DNA of 64,000 bases from an archaeon (lineage in GTDB: Archaea > Aenigmatarchaeota > Aenigmatarchaeia > Aenigmatarchaeales > JACQIB01): NCBI GenBank assembly GCA_035291225.1, contig DATDSO010000004.1:490765-554764 (forward strand), read 5' to 3'. This document shows, in pieces, positions 36,554 through 44,890 of the stretch. Positions within the stretch are counted from its first letter, which is position 1. Each line of letters opens with the position of its first letter. The position numbers were made by a program, and so were the translations under genes. The notes under the pieces are model-generated. The model had not been told where the DNA came from, did no database searches, and saw only the letters and a program-made list of their open reading frames with translations.

Positions 36554-37309
36554 ATGGAAAACCGCCGCCTAACCGCAAAAAAAGTTTCTATTGCAGAATT
36601 AATGAGCGGACGCTTTGTGAAAAAAACCGGATTTGACAGCAGCTATGTTCTCACAAATCTTGGAAGAAGGCTGAGCCGTGTGCGCTTGCTCGGGCTGATA
36701 GTTGACAAGTTCAAGCCCGCAGAAGGAACTTGGGCTGCGATAACTTTGGACGATGGCAACGACACGACCCGCGCAAAGGCTTTCCAGAATGTAAAAGTTT
36801 TTGACAAAGTTCTGCCTGGGGATTTGGTTGATGTTATAGGGAAAACCCGCGAGTTCAATGGGGAAATTTATATCGCTCCGGAAATTGTCAGAAAAGTTGA
36901 AGCGAATTTTGAAACTCTCAGGCTTTTGGAATTAAAAAAAATTCAGGAGGTTCAGAAGGAAAAAGTTAAAAAAATCAGCGAGCTGAAAAAGCAGACTGCA
37001 GATGGAGCTGAGCTGAAAACTTTGGCGAAGAAATTTAATTTGTCTGCCGAGGATGTTGACGGAATTTTGGAGGTTGGAGAAATTGCCGAGTCCGCAGAAA
37101 CTGTTGTGGAAAAAAAGGATGAGGCTGCTGAAATAAAAAAGAAAGTCCTTGAGCTTATTTCCACATTAGATAAAGGCGAGGGCGCGGACTACGCGGAAAT
37201 TTCAAAAACTGCTGGAGCGGATGAATCTGTTGTTGATAACGCAATTCAAACTTTGCTTGAAGAGGGAATTTTAATTGAGCCGAAAGCTGGGAGATTGAAG
37301 AAGCTTTAA
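36554..37309 (+). CDS. OB-fold nucleic-acid-binding protein with C-terminal winged helix (RPA32/SSB-like)
   Basis: OB-fold-like region (RVRLLGLIVDKF...ITLDDGNDTTRAKAF...DLVDVIGKTREFNGEIYI), acidic linker, C-terminal wH. Sits immediately downstream of mcm. Confidence 0.55.
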   Translation: MENRRLTAKKVSIAELMSGRFVKKTGFDSSYVLTNLGRRLSRVRLLGLIVDKFKPAEGTWAAITLDDGNDTTRAKAFQNVKVFDKVLPGDLVDVIGKTREFNGEIYIAPEIVRKVEANFETLRLLELKKIQEVQKEKVKKISELKKQTADGAELKTLAKKFNLSAEDVDGILEVGEIAESAETVVEKKDEAAEIKKKVLELISTLDKGEGADYAEISKTAGADESVVDNAIQTLLEEGILIEPKAGRLKKL

Positions 37310-37334
37310 ATAAACTGAATTTAATTCTCATTCC

Positions 37335-37742
37335 ATGCAAACCTACGAAGAGCTTTTAGCAAGGGCAATGGAAAAAGTCCCGAAAGGCGCAGGCACAGGA
37401 GAGCGTTTTGAAATGCCTGCTGCAGATATTGCTTTGCAGGGCAACCAAACGATTTTCAAAAACTTTTCTGTTGTTGCGGAAAAGCTCAGGCGCGAACCAA
37501 AGCACTTGCTAAAATTTCTTTCAAAAGAGCTTGCGATCCCGGGAGCAATTGATGGGGGGCGCGCTTTGTTTGATACAAAACTGCAGGCCGCAGCTGTGCA
37601 GAAAAAGCTCGAGTCCTATGTGAAAGAATTTATAATCTGCAAAAGCTGCGGTAGGCCTGACACAAAATTGGTGACTGAAAACAGAATTGCAATGGCAAAG
37701 TGCGAGGCATGCGGGGCGAGGAATTCTGTGAGGGAGATTTGA
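37335..37742 (+). CDS. Translation initiation factor 2 beta subunit
   Basis: eIF2B/eIF5-type domain plus C4 zinc ribbon CKSCGRPDT...CEACGARN. Confidence 0.88.
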   Translation: MQTYEELLARAMEKVPKGAGTGERFEMPAADIALQGNQTIFKNFSVVAEKLRREPKHLLKFLSKELAIPGAIDGGRALFDTKLQAAAVQKKLESYVKEFIICKSCGRPDTKLVTENRIAMAKCEACGARNSVREI

Positions 37743-37831
37743 TTTTGCCGATTGCATGAAGAGCTTTCCATAAATTATGTGTTGCAAAAATATTGCCAAA
37801 AAAAGTTTTAGTAAACTAATTTTCTTTTCCC

Positions 37832-37875
37832 ACATTAGTTAGCGAGGCTCATGGGTTTACCCTGAGCCGAGCTTC
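37832..37875. ncRNA. Conserved hairpin element, copy A (at the rfc stop codon)
   Basis: ACATTAGTTAGCGAGGCTCATGGGTTTACCCTGAGCCGAGCTTC. Stem GGCTCA-T-GGG / CCC-TGAGCC with TTTA loop. Confidence 0.45.
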
Positions 37876-38893
37876 ATTTAATTAAATTTAAAATCCTCTC
37901 CTCTCCCGCAAACTTCCTAACCGAGCAATGATTCTCCCTCGCTGCTGACAAAATTTCCTCAACAGCTTTAGCGGCCCAAAATCTTGCAGGCGGCTTGAAA
38001 GCGACATAAGTTGTAGATTTTTTTATTGTTGAAATCGAAAGCAAAACCTCCATAAAGTTTTTGCTTTTTCTTCTCAAAATATCCGCGCGGCTTATAATTT
38101 CAAAAGCCTCTGCTCGTGCGGCCGGAGTTGTGAAAACCGCAGAAGCATTTTCTCGCACCCAAGCAAAAATCTCATCCGAATCAGAAGAGCAGTTTTCTAT
38201 TGCTTCGCGCGCCTGCTCTCTTGGGCCGAAAAATATTTTCCTTAAAGTGTCATAAATATTTTTTTCTCTTTCTCTTAAACCAGAAAGATTTTTTGTCAGA
38301 GAAAAAGTTTCCAAATCTATTAGCGCGGCACGACAGTCTCCCTCTTCTGAGAAAATTTCAGCCTCGCCCGCTAGGGAAATTTTCTCCAGCTCTGCAATTT
38401 TTTTCACAAGCTTTTCCAAAGGTAGAGCAGGAATTTTTTTCATGTTTATAATTTCGCACGCCTGCTTTAGCGTTTTTAGTTTTGGCTCGTAAATATCGTT
38501 TGCTGTTAGGATTACAGGGAAGCTGCTGGTTTGAATAATTTTCAAAATGGCAGGCGCGCCCCCGCGGTCGCCAGCTGAAAGTCCATCCACTTCGTCAATC
38601 AAAACAATTTTTCCGCGCCTGAAAAGGCTTTGCTGGCGAACAGCCTGGCCAATTGTTTTTTCTATTTCATCCGCGGAGCGCTCATCAGAAGCATTTAGCT
38701 CAATCAAATCCCAGCCTTTTTCCAAAGCAAGCGCGCGGCAGAGCGAGCTTTTTCCAACTCCGGGCGGGCCGTGCAGAAATAATCCTTTGCCTTTTTTCCA
38801 GTGCTCGAGCCAGAAAAGAATTTTCACAATTGCTTCCTCTTGGCCGATTAAATCAGAAACTTTTTTCGGGGAGTATTTGTTAAGGAGGCGCAT
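37874..38893 (-). CDS. rfc: Replication factor C subunit (GPPGVGKS P-loop resembles RFC large subunits, but only 339 aa)
   Basis: AAA+ clamp-loader motifs: GPPGVGKSSL, RFC box ELNASDERS, DEVD Walker B, SRC-like sensor. Confidence 0.85.
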   Translation of the reverse strand: MRLLNKYSPKKVSDLIGQEEAIVKILFWLEHWKKGKGLFLHGPPGVGKSSLCRALALEKGWDLIELNASDERSADEIEKTIGQAVRQQSLFRRGKIVLIDEVDGLSAGDRGGAPAILKIIQTSSFPVILTANDIYEPKLKTLKQACEIINMKKIPALPLEKLVKKIAELEKISLAGEAEIFSEEGDCRAALIDLETFSLTKNLSGLREREKNIYDTLRKIFFGPREQAREAIENCSSDSDEIFAWVRENASAVFTTPAARAEAFEIISRADILRRKSKNFMEVLLSISTIKKSTTYVAFKPPARFWAAKAVEEILSAARENHCSVRKFAGEERILNLIK

Positions 38894-38924
38894 GGTTTTG
38901 TATGGGAGTTAAAGAATAAATAGA

Positions 38925-39482
38925 TTATGCGCCTAAAGGAATTCCTGCGTCAACGCGCTGCGGGCGGAATCTTTCAAACAAAATTCTTTTTGCTTCTTCG
39001 AAATCTTTTTCATCATCGCCTTTTAATTCAATAACATCATAGCCAGCATTTATTTCTGGTTCTTCCCAAACTCTTATCCAATCATCTAATGTGTAAGGGC
39101 TGTTGACATCATAACCACTTTGCTTCCATCTTTCTCTTAAAACTTCTTTGTCAGCTCTAACTACAATCAAAGTTTTTTTGGAAGGATTTTCTCCAAAAAA
39201 TAAATCTCTATAACGTTTATTCCAATTTGTGGAATCAACTACAACATCTTCTTCACAATCTATTGTAGCCCAATTTGCAAGATGTTTCATTGCATAAAAA
39301 AGTCTATCATCGCTTTTTGCGGCATAGCTTGTGGGCCACTCCGGTCCGTAAACGCTTTCGCGGATATCGTCGCTTCCAACTCTGTAGAAGCCAAATTCTT
39401 CTCTCAGAAATCTGGCTATCCGCGTTTTGCCTGCCCTTGGCAGTGAGCTCATTACAGCGAGATTAACTGGTTGCCCTTCCAT
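38925..39482 (-). CDS. P-loop kinase-like protein (AAA_33/zeta-toxin-like fold)
   Basis: Walker A SSLPRAGKT. Size and motif spacing resemble small nucleotide/polynucleotide kinases. Confidence 0.6.
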   Translation of the reverse strand: MEGQPVNLAVMSSLPRAGKTRIARFLREEFGFYRVGSDDIRESVYGPEWPTSYAAKSDDRLFYAMKHLANWATIDCEEDVVVDSTNWNKRYRDLFFGENPSKKTLIVVRADKEVLRERWKQSGYDVNSPYTLDDWIRVWEEPEINAGYDVIELKGDDEKDFEEAKRILFERFRPQRVDAGIPLGA

Positions 39483-39636
39483 GATAATTATTTGAGCAGA
39501 AGTTCTATATAAAGCTTTGCCACTTATTAATAGTTAAGATATTTCTCAGGGTTTCAATTCCACGCAAAGTATAATAGCTCGCGCTCAGGCTAAAGCCGTG
39601 AGCGCTCGCAGTCATCATGTAAGAATATTTTTGTTC

Positions 39637-39681
39637 CATATTAGTTTGCAAGGCGCATAGGTTTACCTCGCGCCGAGCTTC
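39637..39681. ncRNA. Conserved hairpin element, copy B (upstream of the kinase-rfc operon, next to the hjc TATA)
   Basis: CATATTAGTTTGCAAGGCGCATAGGTTTACCTCGCGCCGAGCTTC. Stem GGCGC/GCGCC + AGG/CCT with the same TTTA loop. Base-pair covariation relative to copy A. Confidence 0.45.
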
Positions 39682-39713
39682 TGTTTTATAAATTCCCCTG
39701 CAAAAATTTCTTT

Positions 39714-40040
39714 ATGGCGCAAAGTGTGAAAGGCTCTCGTCGCGAGCGGGAACTTCTTAGAATTTTGCAGGAGCAAGGATTTATTGTTCACCGCGTGGCA
39801 GGCTCTGGAGTCGGGGAAAAAGCAATCTGCGATTTGGTTGCTGTGAAAGAAGGAAAAGCTTTTTTCTATGAATGCAAGAGCAGGAAAAAATATTATTATC
39901 CGCGGGAGGACAGCGAGCAATTGCGCGCGCTGATTGATTCTGCGAAAAAAGCCGGTGCAGCTGCCGTGCTTGCTGTGAAAATAAATCACAAGGATTGGAA
40001 GTTCTTGGAATTGGGGGAGGAAGTTCCGGAGAAGATTTAA
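39714..40040 (+). CDS. hjc: Holliday junction resolvase Hjc
   Basis: Archaeal Hjc catalytic motifs (RERE, AGSG, CDLVA, YECKS). Confidence 0.85.
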   Translation: MAQSVKGSRRERELLRILQEQGFIVHRVAGSGVGEKAICDLVAVKEGKAFFYECKSRKKYYYPREDSEQLRALIDSAKKAGAAAVLAVKINHKDWKFLELGEEVPEKI

Positions 40041-40070
40041 ATACATTCTTCAGTAAATTTTTACGATTTT

Positions 40071-40604
40071 ATGGAAGAAGATGTTGCCACACCAGTCAGC
40101 GAACAGGTTTACGAGAGGCCGGGTGATTTCTCCTTCGGAGGCTCTTATGAAGTTTTAGATGCTGGAGACGGAATAACTCATGTAAAACCGGAAGCAGAAC
40201 TTTCTGATGGAAGGCAGGATTATGATATTGTAGATCAAAACGGCAACAGGCTTTTCTGGTTTTTTGTTGAGGAAGTTATACCAAAGACCATCGTAAGAGG
40301 TCCGACTTCGCTGCAAATCCATGAAAGAAATTTTAATGAATATATTTTTAGTATGCTCAAAGGGTATACTTATTGCGAAAAGCCTGCGAGGAGAATTACC
40401 AAGAAATACAGATTTGACAGCAAGGAGATTGATGATGCTTTGAGAGTGGGGGCGTGTTGCATGGATCTGCATATTGAAATAGATGGGGCTGAACAAGAAA
40501 GATTGGAACGGGGAATTGAAGTGCAAGTTGTGAAAGATTTGAACGGAAATGAACTTGTTAGATTCGTGGGAAATCCTGCGCCTTACAAGCATGAAACTAA
40601 ATAA
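40071..40604 (+). CDS. Hypothetical protein
   Basis: 177 aa. Confidence 0.5.
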   Translation: MEEDVATPVSEQVYERPGDFSFGGSYEVLDAGDGITHVKPEAELSDGRQDYDIVDQNGNRLFWFFVEEVIPKTIVRGPTSLQIHERNFNEYIFSMLKGYTYCEKPARRITKKYRFDSKEIDDALRVGACCMDLHIEIDGAEQERLERGIEVQVVKDLNGNELVRFVGNPAPYKHETK

Positions 40605-40712
40605 GTTATTTGAGAGCGCAGGAAAGGCAGGCTAAAAAAATCCTAAAAGGTTGTGGAAAAAATTGGCTCAGAAATCTTAAGTATTTAAAATCTTCTTCCT
40701 AACTGCAATCAC

Positions 40713-40861
40713 AGCGGGATGGGGCAGCCTGGAGTGCCCGTCGGGCTCATAACCCGAAGGTCCTCAGTTCAAATCCCAAGCCTTTTTCTCGAAAAAGGCT
40801 AGGGCTTATCCAAAAAGGAAAATTGCAATATTAGGATAAAAAAATCTGAGTCCCGCTACCA
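40713..40861 (+). tRNA. Initiator-type tRNA-Met (CAU) with a 71-nt intron between T-loop and 3' T-stem (40775-40845); CCA encoded
   Basis: AGCGGGA-TG-GGGC-AGCCTGGAGT-GCCC-G-TCGGG-CTCATAA-CCCGA-AGGTC-CTCAG-TTCAAAT-[intron]-CTGAG-TCCCGCT-A-CCA. A1-U72 pair and three G-C pairs in the anticodon stem (initiator hallmarks). TATA TATTTAAAATC at 40682-40692. Confidence 0.8.
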
Positions 40862-40899
40862 AATTAAATCTTTTTATCCTCCCGAAACATATATTTTCT

Positions 40900-41487
40900 A
40901 TGCCAATTGTTTCTGAAGAGCACGGCAATTATCTTTTGAGAGTCAGCCGCGTTGCGATTCAAAATTATATTCAGCACAACAGAAAAATCGCAAAGCCTGT
41001 AAATACACCTCCTGAATTAGAATTGTCAGCGGGAATTTTTTTGAATCTTTACAAAAAAGTTCCAATTGCGGAATCTGGCGAATTAAGGGGGAGCGCTGGG
41101 ATTCCTTTTGCGCAAAAAGATTTGATAGAAGCTGTGATAGAATCTTCTGTCGATGCGGCCGCGCATTCGAAATTTTCTCCAGTAACAATGCAGGAAATGC
41201 CTGTGGTAAAAATTGAGCTGCATATTCTGAACGAGCCGCAGCTTCTCCAATACAAAAATGATGTTGACTTTTTTGGAAAAATAAAAATTGGTACACATGG
41301 ATTTCTTTTGAATAAGGCTGGAAAAACCGGAATAATGCTTCCCTCAGTTCCGCTAAAGAAAAAATGGAGCGCGCGCGAGGCTTTGGATAATTTGTGCGTT
41401 GACTATGGGTTAAAGCCCGAAAGTTGGAAGGATCCGTCCGCGCGCGTTTGGATTTTTTCCACGCAGGTTTTCAGGGATAAGAATTAA
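40900..41487 (+). CDS. AMMECR1-domain protein
   Basis: About 195 aa with an LRGSAG variant of the LRGCIG motif. Confidence 0.65.
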   Translation: MPIVSEEHGNYLLRVSRVAIQNYIQHNRKIAKPVNTPPELELSAGIFLNLYKKVPIAESGELRGSAGIPFAQKDLIEAVIESSVDAAAHSKFSPVTMQEMPVVKIELHILNEPQLLQYKNDVDFFGKIKIGTHGFLLNKAGKTGIMLPSVPLKKKWSAREALDNLCVDYGLKPESWKDPSARVWIFSTQVFRDKN

Positions 41488-41546
41488 AAAATCTTAGTTT
41501 TTCAAAAGCTTTAAATACTAGAAGGTAGTATTAATTTTAGATAAAT

Positions 41547-41945
41547 ATGCCACGAATTTTGATTGTTGAAGACGATGATACTTTTCAACGCGTCTATAAA
41601 GAAATGTTAGGCCCACTCGTTGGAGGAAAAGGTAATGTGGATATCGCGGGCGATTATGAAACTGCAATTTCTATGCTTGATAGAAATGTTTATGATGCTC
41701 ATGTTCTTGATGGAAATTTTCCTCGAAACTCTCAGAGCGGGGCGCAACGATTAGGAATTGAAATGGCAAATGAAATTAAAGGAAGAACAGGAACATATGA
41801 GAGGATAGTCATGTGCACTGGCGATTCTCGGATGGTGAGTGAAGCAGAGCGTTTGGGCATTAAGGCAGTCGATAAAGGTAGAGCTGAAAAACTGCCGCAA
41901 GTTGTAGAATCAATTTTACAAATTCAAGCTAAAGATGGCGCTTAA
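41547..41945 (+). CDS. Stand-alone response-regulator receiver (CheY-like) domain protein
   Basis: ILIVEDDD...D...K pattern. 132 aa, no output domain. Confidence 0.75.
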   Translation: MPRILIVEDDDTFQRVYKEMLGPLVGGKGNVDIAGDYETAISMLDRNVYDAHVLDGNFPRNSQSGAQRLGIEMANEIKGRTGTYERIVMCTGDSRMVSEAERLGIKAVDKGRAEKLPQVVESILQIQAKDGA

Positions 41946-41954
41946 TTTTTAAAA

Positions 41955-42422
41955 TTGATACGCGCCAAAATTTCTAAAATTTATAACACCGCAATTTTCT
42001 GGCATAAGCTTTATAAATGGGTAATTCTAAGAGAAATTATGCCAGCAAAAGGTCCAAATCAATGGGTACAAATCAGTGGCTACCTGTTCATACTGGGAGT
42101 CTTAGTCTCAGTTGTCGCAGGTGTCATGCCTGGTGTGATCCCGAGCGCCGATGTAATCCTAGTCATACTAGGAGCTGTCGTTGGTCTGCTCGGAGCACTT
42201 GGAACTGGCTCAATAGATAGAGGAGAGGCAGAAAGCTTCCTGCTTGCAGCAGTAGGTCTTATTGCTGTCGGAGCATCAGGAGCTGCGTTATCAAACTTCC
42301 CTGGAATCGGTGAAACATACTTGAAGCCGATTGTCCAGAACATCGCAGTCTTCGTCGCACCTGCAGTAGTCTTAGTTGCCTTGGAAACTATCTGGAGAGC
42401 AGGCTCAGTAAGACTGAGCTAA
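41955..42422 (+). CDS. Small membrane protein (3-4 TM)
   Basis: 155 aa, hydrophobic, Gly/Ala-rich helices. Confidence 0.5.
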   Translation: MIRAKISKIYNTAIFWHKLYKWVILREIMPAKGPNQWVQISGYLFILGVLVSVVAGVMPGVIPSADVILVILGAVVGLLGALGTGSIDRGEAESFLLAAVGLIAVGASGAALSNFPGIGETYLKPIVQNIAVFVAPAVVLVALETIWRAGSVRLS

Positions 42423-42487
42423 TTTGAATTTTAATTTTTCTTATTTTTTTGTTGCCTAGGCTTGCCAATATTTTTCTTTTTTAATTC

Positions 42488-43345
42488 ATGCGCAAATATC
42501 ATTTTATGTCGTTCAAAGAAAAATTGTCATTGGAATTGAAAGGGAGAATGGATGAAAAAGAACTAAAGCTTCTGCCAGCCGGCTGCCGCTTTATAGGTAG
42601 TGTTATTATTCTAAAGCTGCCGCCCGCACTTTTGAAAAGGAAAAAAATCATCTGCTCTGAAGTTTTAAAATTTTTTCCTTATATGAAAACTGCCTGCATA
42701 GAGGAAAAAATTTTTGGCTCAAGAAGACAACCGAAAATAGAAGTTATTGCTGGCGCGCGCAAAACTGAAACAATTTTAACCGAGCATGGCTGCCGCTTGA
42801 TTATGGATCCTGCGAAAGTCATGTTTTCTGTTGGAAACAAATTTGAGAAAGAGCGCCTGCTAAAAATCTGCAAACCAAATGAAACAGTAGTGGATATGTT
42901 TGCAGGAATTGGCTATTGGACAGTTCCGATTGCAGAATTCTGCCGGCCAAAGAAAATTTTTGCGATAGACAAAAATAAAATTGCTGTGGAATATTTGGAA
43001 AAAAACTGCAAGCTGAATAAAGTTTCTGGGAAAGTTGAAATTTTGCAGGGTGATTGCAGGAAATTTTCACATATTCTAGAGTCAAAAGCTGATAGAATAA
43101 TAATGGGCTGGATTTTTGAAACGGAAAAGTTCCTTCCTTTTGCTTTGAGAATAGCAAAAAAGAAATGTACGATACATTTTCACAGGATTTTGCACCCTAG
43201 CGATTTGCCGGCTTTGAAGAAAAGGATTTTGCTTATAGCAAAAAAACAAAAATGCAAAATTAAATTTTCTGCTGTGCGGCAGGTTAAAACTTATTCGCCG
43301 AGGCAGAGGCATTTTGTTTTGGATATTATAGCTTTAAAATCCTAA
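42488..43345 (+). CDS. Class I SAM-dependent tRNA methyltransferase, Trm5/Taw2(TYW2) family
   Basis: Met-10+ fold motifs VVDMFAGIGYWTVPIA, DKN. Confidence 0.8.
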   Translation: MRKYHFMSFKEKLSLELKGRMDEKELKLLPAGCRFIGSVIILKLPPALLKRKKIICSEVLKFFPYMKTACIEEKIFGSRRQPKIEVIAGARKTETILTEHGCRLIMDPAKVMFSVGNKFEKERLLKICKPNETVVDMFAGIGYWTVPIAEFCRPKKIFAIDKNKIAVEYLEKNCKLNKVSGKVEILQGDCRKFSHILESKADRIIMGWIFETEKFLPFALRIAKKKCTIHFHRILHPSDLPALKKRILLIAKKQKCKIKFSAVRQVKTYSPRQRHFVLDIIALKS

Positions 43346-44141
43346 AATCAATCCTAACTTTCTGCAGCCGCGGCGCATAAGGCAGAACTTTCTGCCGGCC
43401 AATAAATTTTATTTTTGTTTTATGGCTGGCGCAGATTTTCTTTATTTTTGCTTCGACATCAGCAAACAAATTTTTCTGTTCAGAAATCGCATAGACTTGA
43501 ATAGTTGCTCTCTCTTTTGTTCCACGCTTCGCCCATGCGAGCGCTTCGGGCAGAAATTCTAGGCTGCTTTCAGGAAGTGGCATAATAATTCTGTCAAATT
43601 TATAAACCTGTTTAGAAAGACACTCTCCATCGCTAACATCTCCATAAATATTTTCCGCGTTGCTAATTTTATTTAGTTTCAAATTTTCATCAGCATACTT
43701 TACAGCAATTTTGTTAAGTTCAATTCCAACAACTTCACACGATGGGCGGGCTTTTCCAATATACACCAACAAAGGCCCGATGCCGGAAAACATTACAAGA
43801 ACTCTTTCTTTCGGCTTTACTAAAGCAGCAATACGCGCCCGCTCCTCTGATTCTCGTGGGGAAAAATAAACTTTTCGCGGATCCAGCTTGAAAAGAAATC
43901 CATGCTCCTTATGCAAAACTTCTGTATTCTTAGAGCCAGCCAGAAGTTTTAATTTATAAATCCTGAATGCGCCAGCGCGGCCGGAAGTTTTTCCCAAAAC
44001 TGTTTTCACGTGCGCGTGGCGGCGTAAAATTTCACGCGCAATTTCTTTTGTGTTTTTCTTTTTGTAAATGTCTACAACAGCAACAGCTCTGCCGGCTGAG
44101 CCGATTAAATCGTATGCAATTCTGGTAGCGGGGTTTCGCAT
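43326..44141 (-). CDS. Second Trm5/Taw2(TYW2)-family methyltransferase paralogue (convergent with the first)
   Basis: Motifs VLVMFSGIGPLLVYIG, ELNK. Paralogous to 42488..43345. Confidence 0.78.
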   Translation of the reverse strand: MRNPATRIAYDLIGSAGRAVAVVDIYKKKNTKEIAREILRRHAHVKTVLGKTSGRAGAFRIYKLKLLAGSKNTEVLHKEHGFLFKLDPRKVYFSPRESEERARIAALVKPKERVLVMFSGIGPLLVYIGKARPSCEVVGIELNKIAVKYADENLKLNKISNAENIYGDVSDGECLSKQVYKFDRIIMPLPESSLEFLPEALAWAKRGTKERATIQVYAISEQKNLFADVEAKIKKICASHKTKIKFIGRQKVLPYAPRLQKVRIDFRILKL

Positions 44142-44848
44142 GAACGAACTTGAGGCGCAGTGTTAAAAGCTTTTTGCTTTCTACATGGAACATCAATTCC
44201 CAAGAATGATTCTGGTGAAATAACATTTAGAGGGTTAGTTTCTCCTCTAGAATTGTATTGTAAAGACATATTATCACCATCGACCTTTATTTCAAGCCTG
44301 CGTCTAACTATACCTAGAAATGCCGGATCATATGTCATTATAGTAACATCTCCGCATGCCCTCGCAATAAAAGCATGAATATCATCTTCTACTCTTTCCA
44401 TGAATTCGCGCCCCACATCAGTTTCATATAATTTTTCAAAAAGTTTTCTTGCCATAAGATTTTTCTTTCCTAATTTCATTTTCTTATAACCATCCAGACC
44501 GCCTATGCACAAATCAAAATATTCTTGCAGAGAGGCGCAGGGTCCATCACGTCTTTTCTGTGCTTTTGACACGATGGAACTATAAGTTTGTTCCGCGCAT
44601 AATTCAGAAATAAATATTGTTCTTTTTTCTTCAACTAGCCTGTCAAATGCTCTGGCAACATTTTCGTAATTTTTTGCATGCTCGCAGCTTTCCATTTTCA
44701 GAAGAGTTAGCAATACAGAAGCGTCTACATAGACAGATTTTACTTCCCCTCTCGGTAAATACGATATATCCATCTTTTTGCATGGGCGCGTTTCTTCAGT
44801 AATGTTTGGCAGAACAACTGCCCGATAAAAATCTGTCCCAAAAGGCAT
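44105..44848 (-). CDS. PIN-domain protein (putative ribonuclease) with C-terminal extension
   Basis: Acidic residues in PIN order: VYVDASVLL, ISELCAE, EDDIHAFIA, TYDPAF. The true start is probably internal (MDISY...). Confidence 0.6.
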   Translation of the reverse strand: MPFGTDFYRAVVLPNITEETRPCKKMDISYLPRGEVKSVYVDASVLLTLLKMESCEHAKNYENVARAFDRLVEEKRTIFISELCAEQTYSSIVSKAQKRRDGPCASLQEYFDLCIGGLDGYKKMKLGKKNLMARKLFEKLYETDVGREFMERVEDDIHAFIARACGDVTIMTYDPAFLGIVRRRLEIKVDGDNMSLQYNSRGETNPLNVISPESFLGIDVPCRKQKAFNTAPQVRSCETPLPELHTI

Positions 44849-44890
44849 TGAATGCGTTTAATTTAAAACCTTAAAAATCCATTTTTCTCT

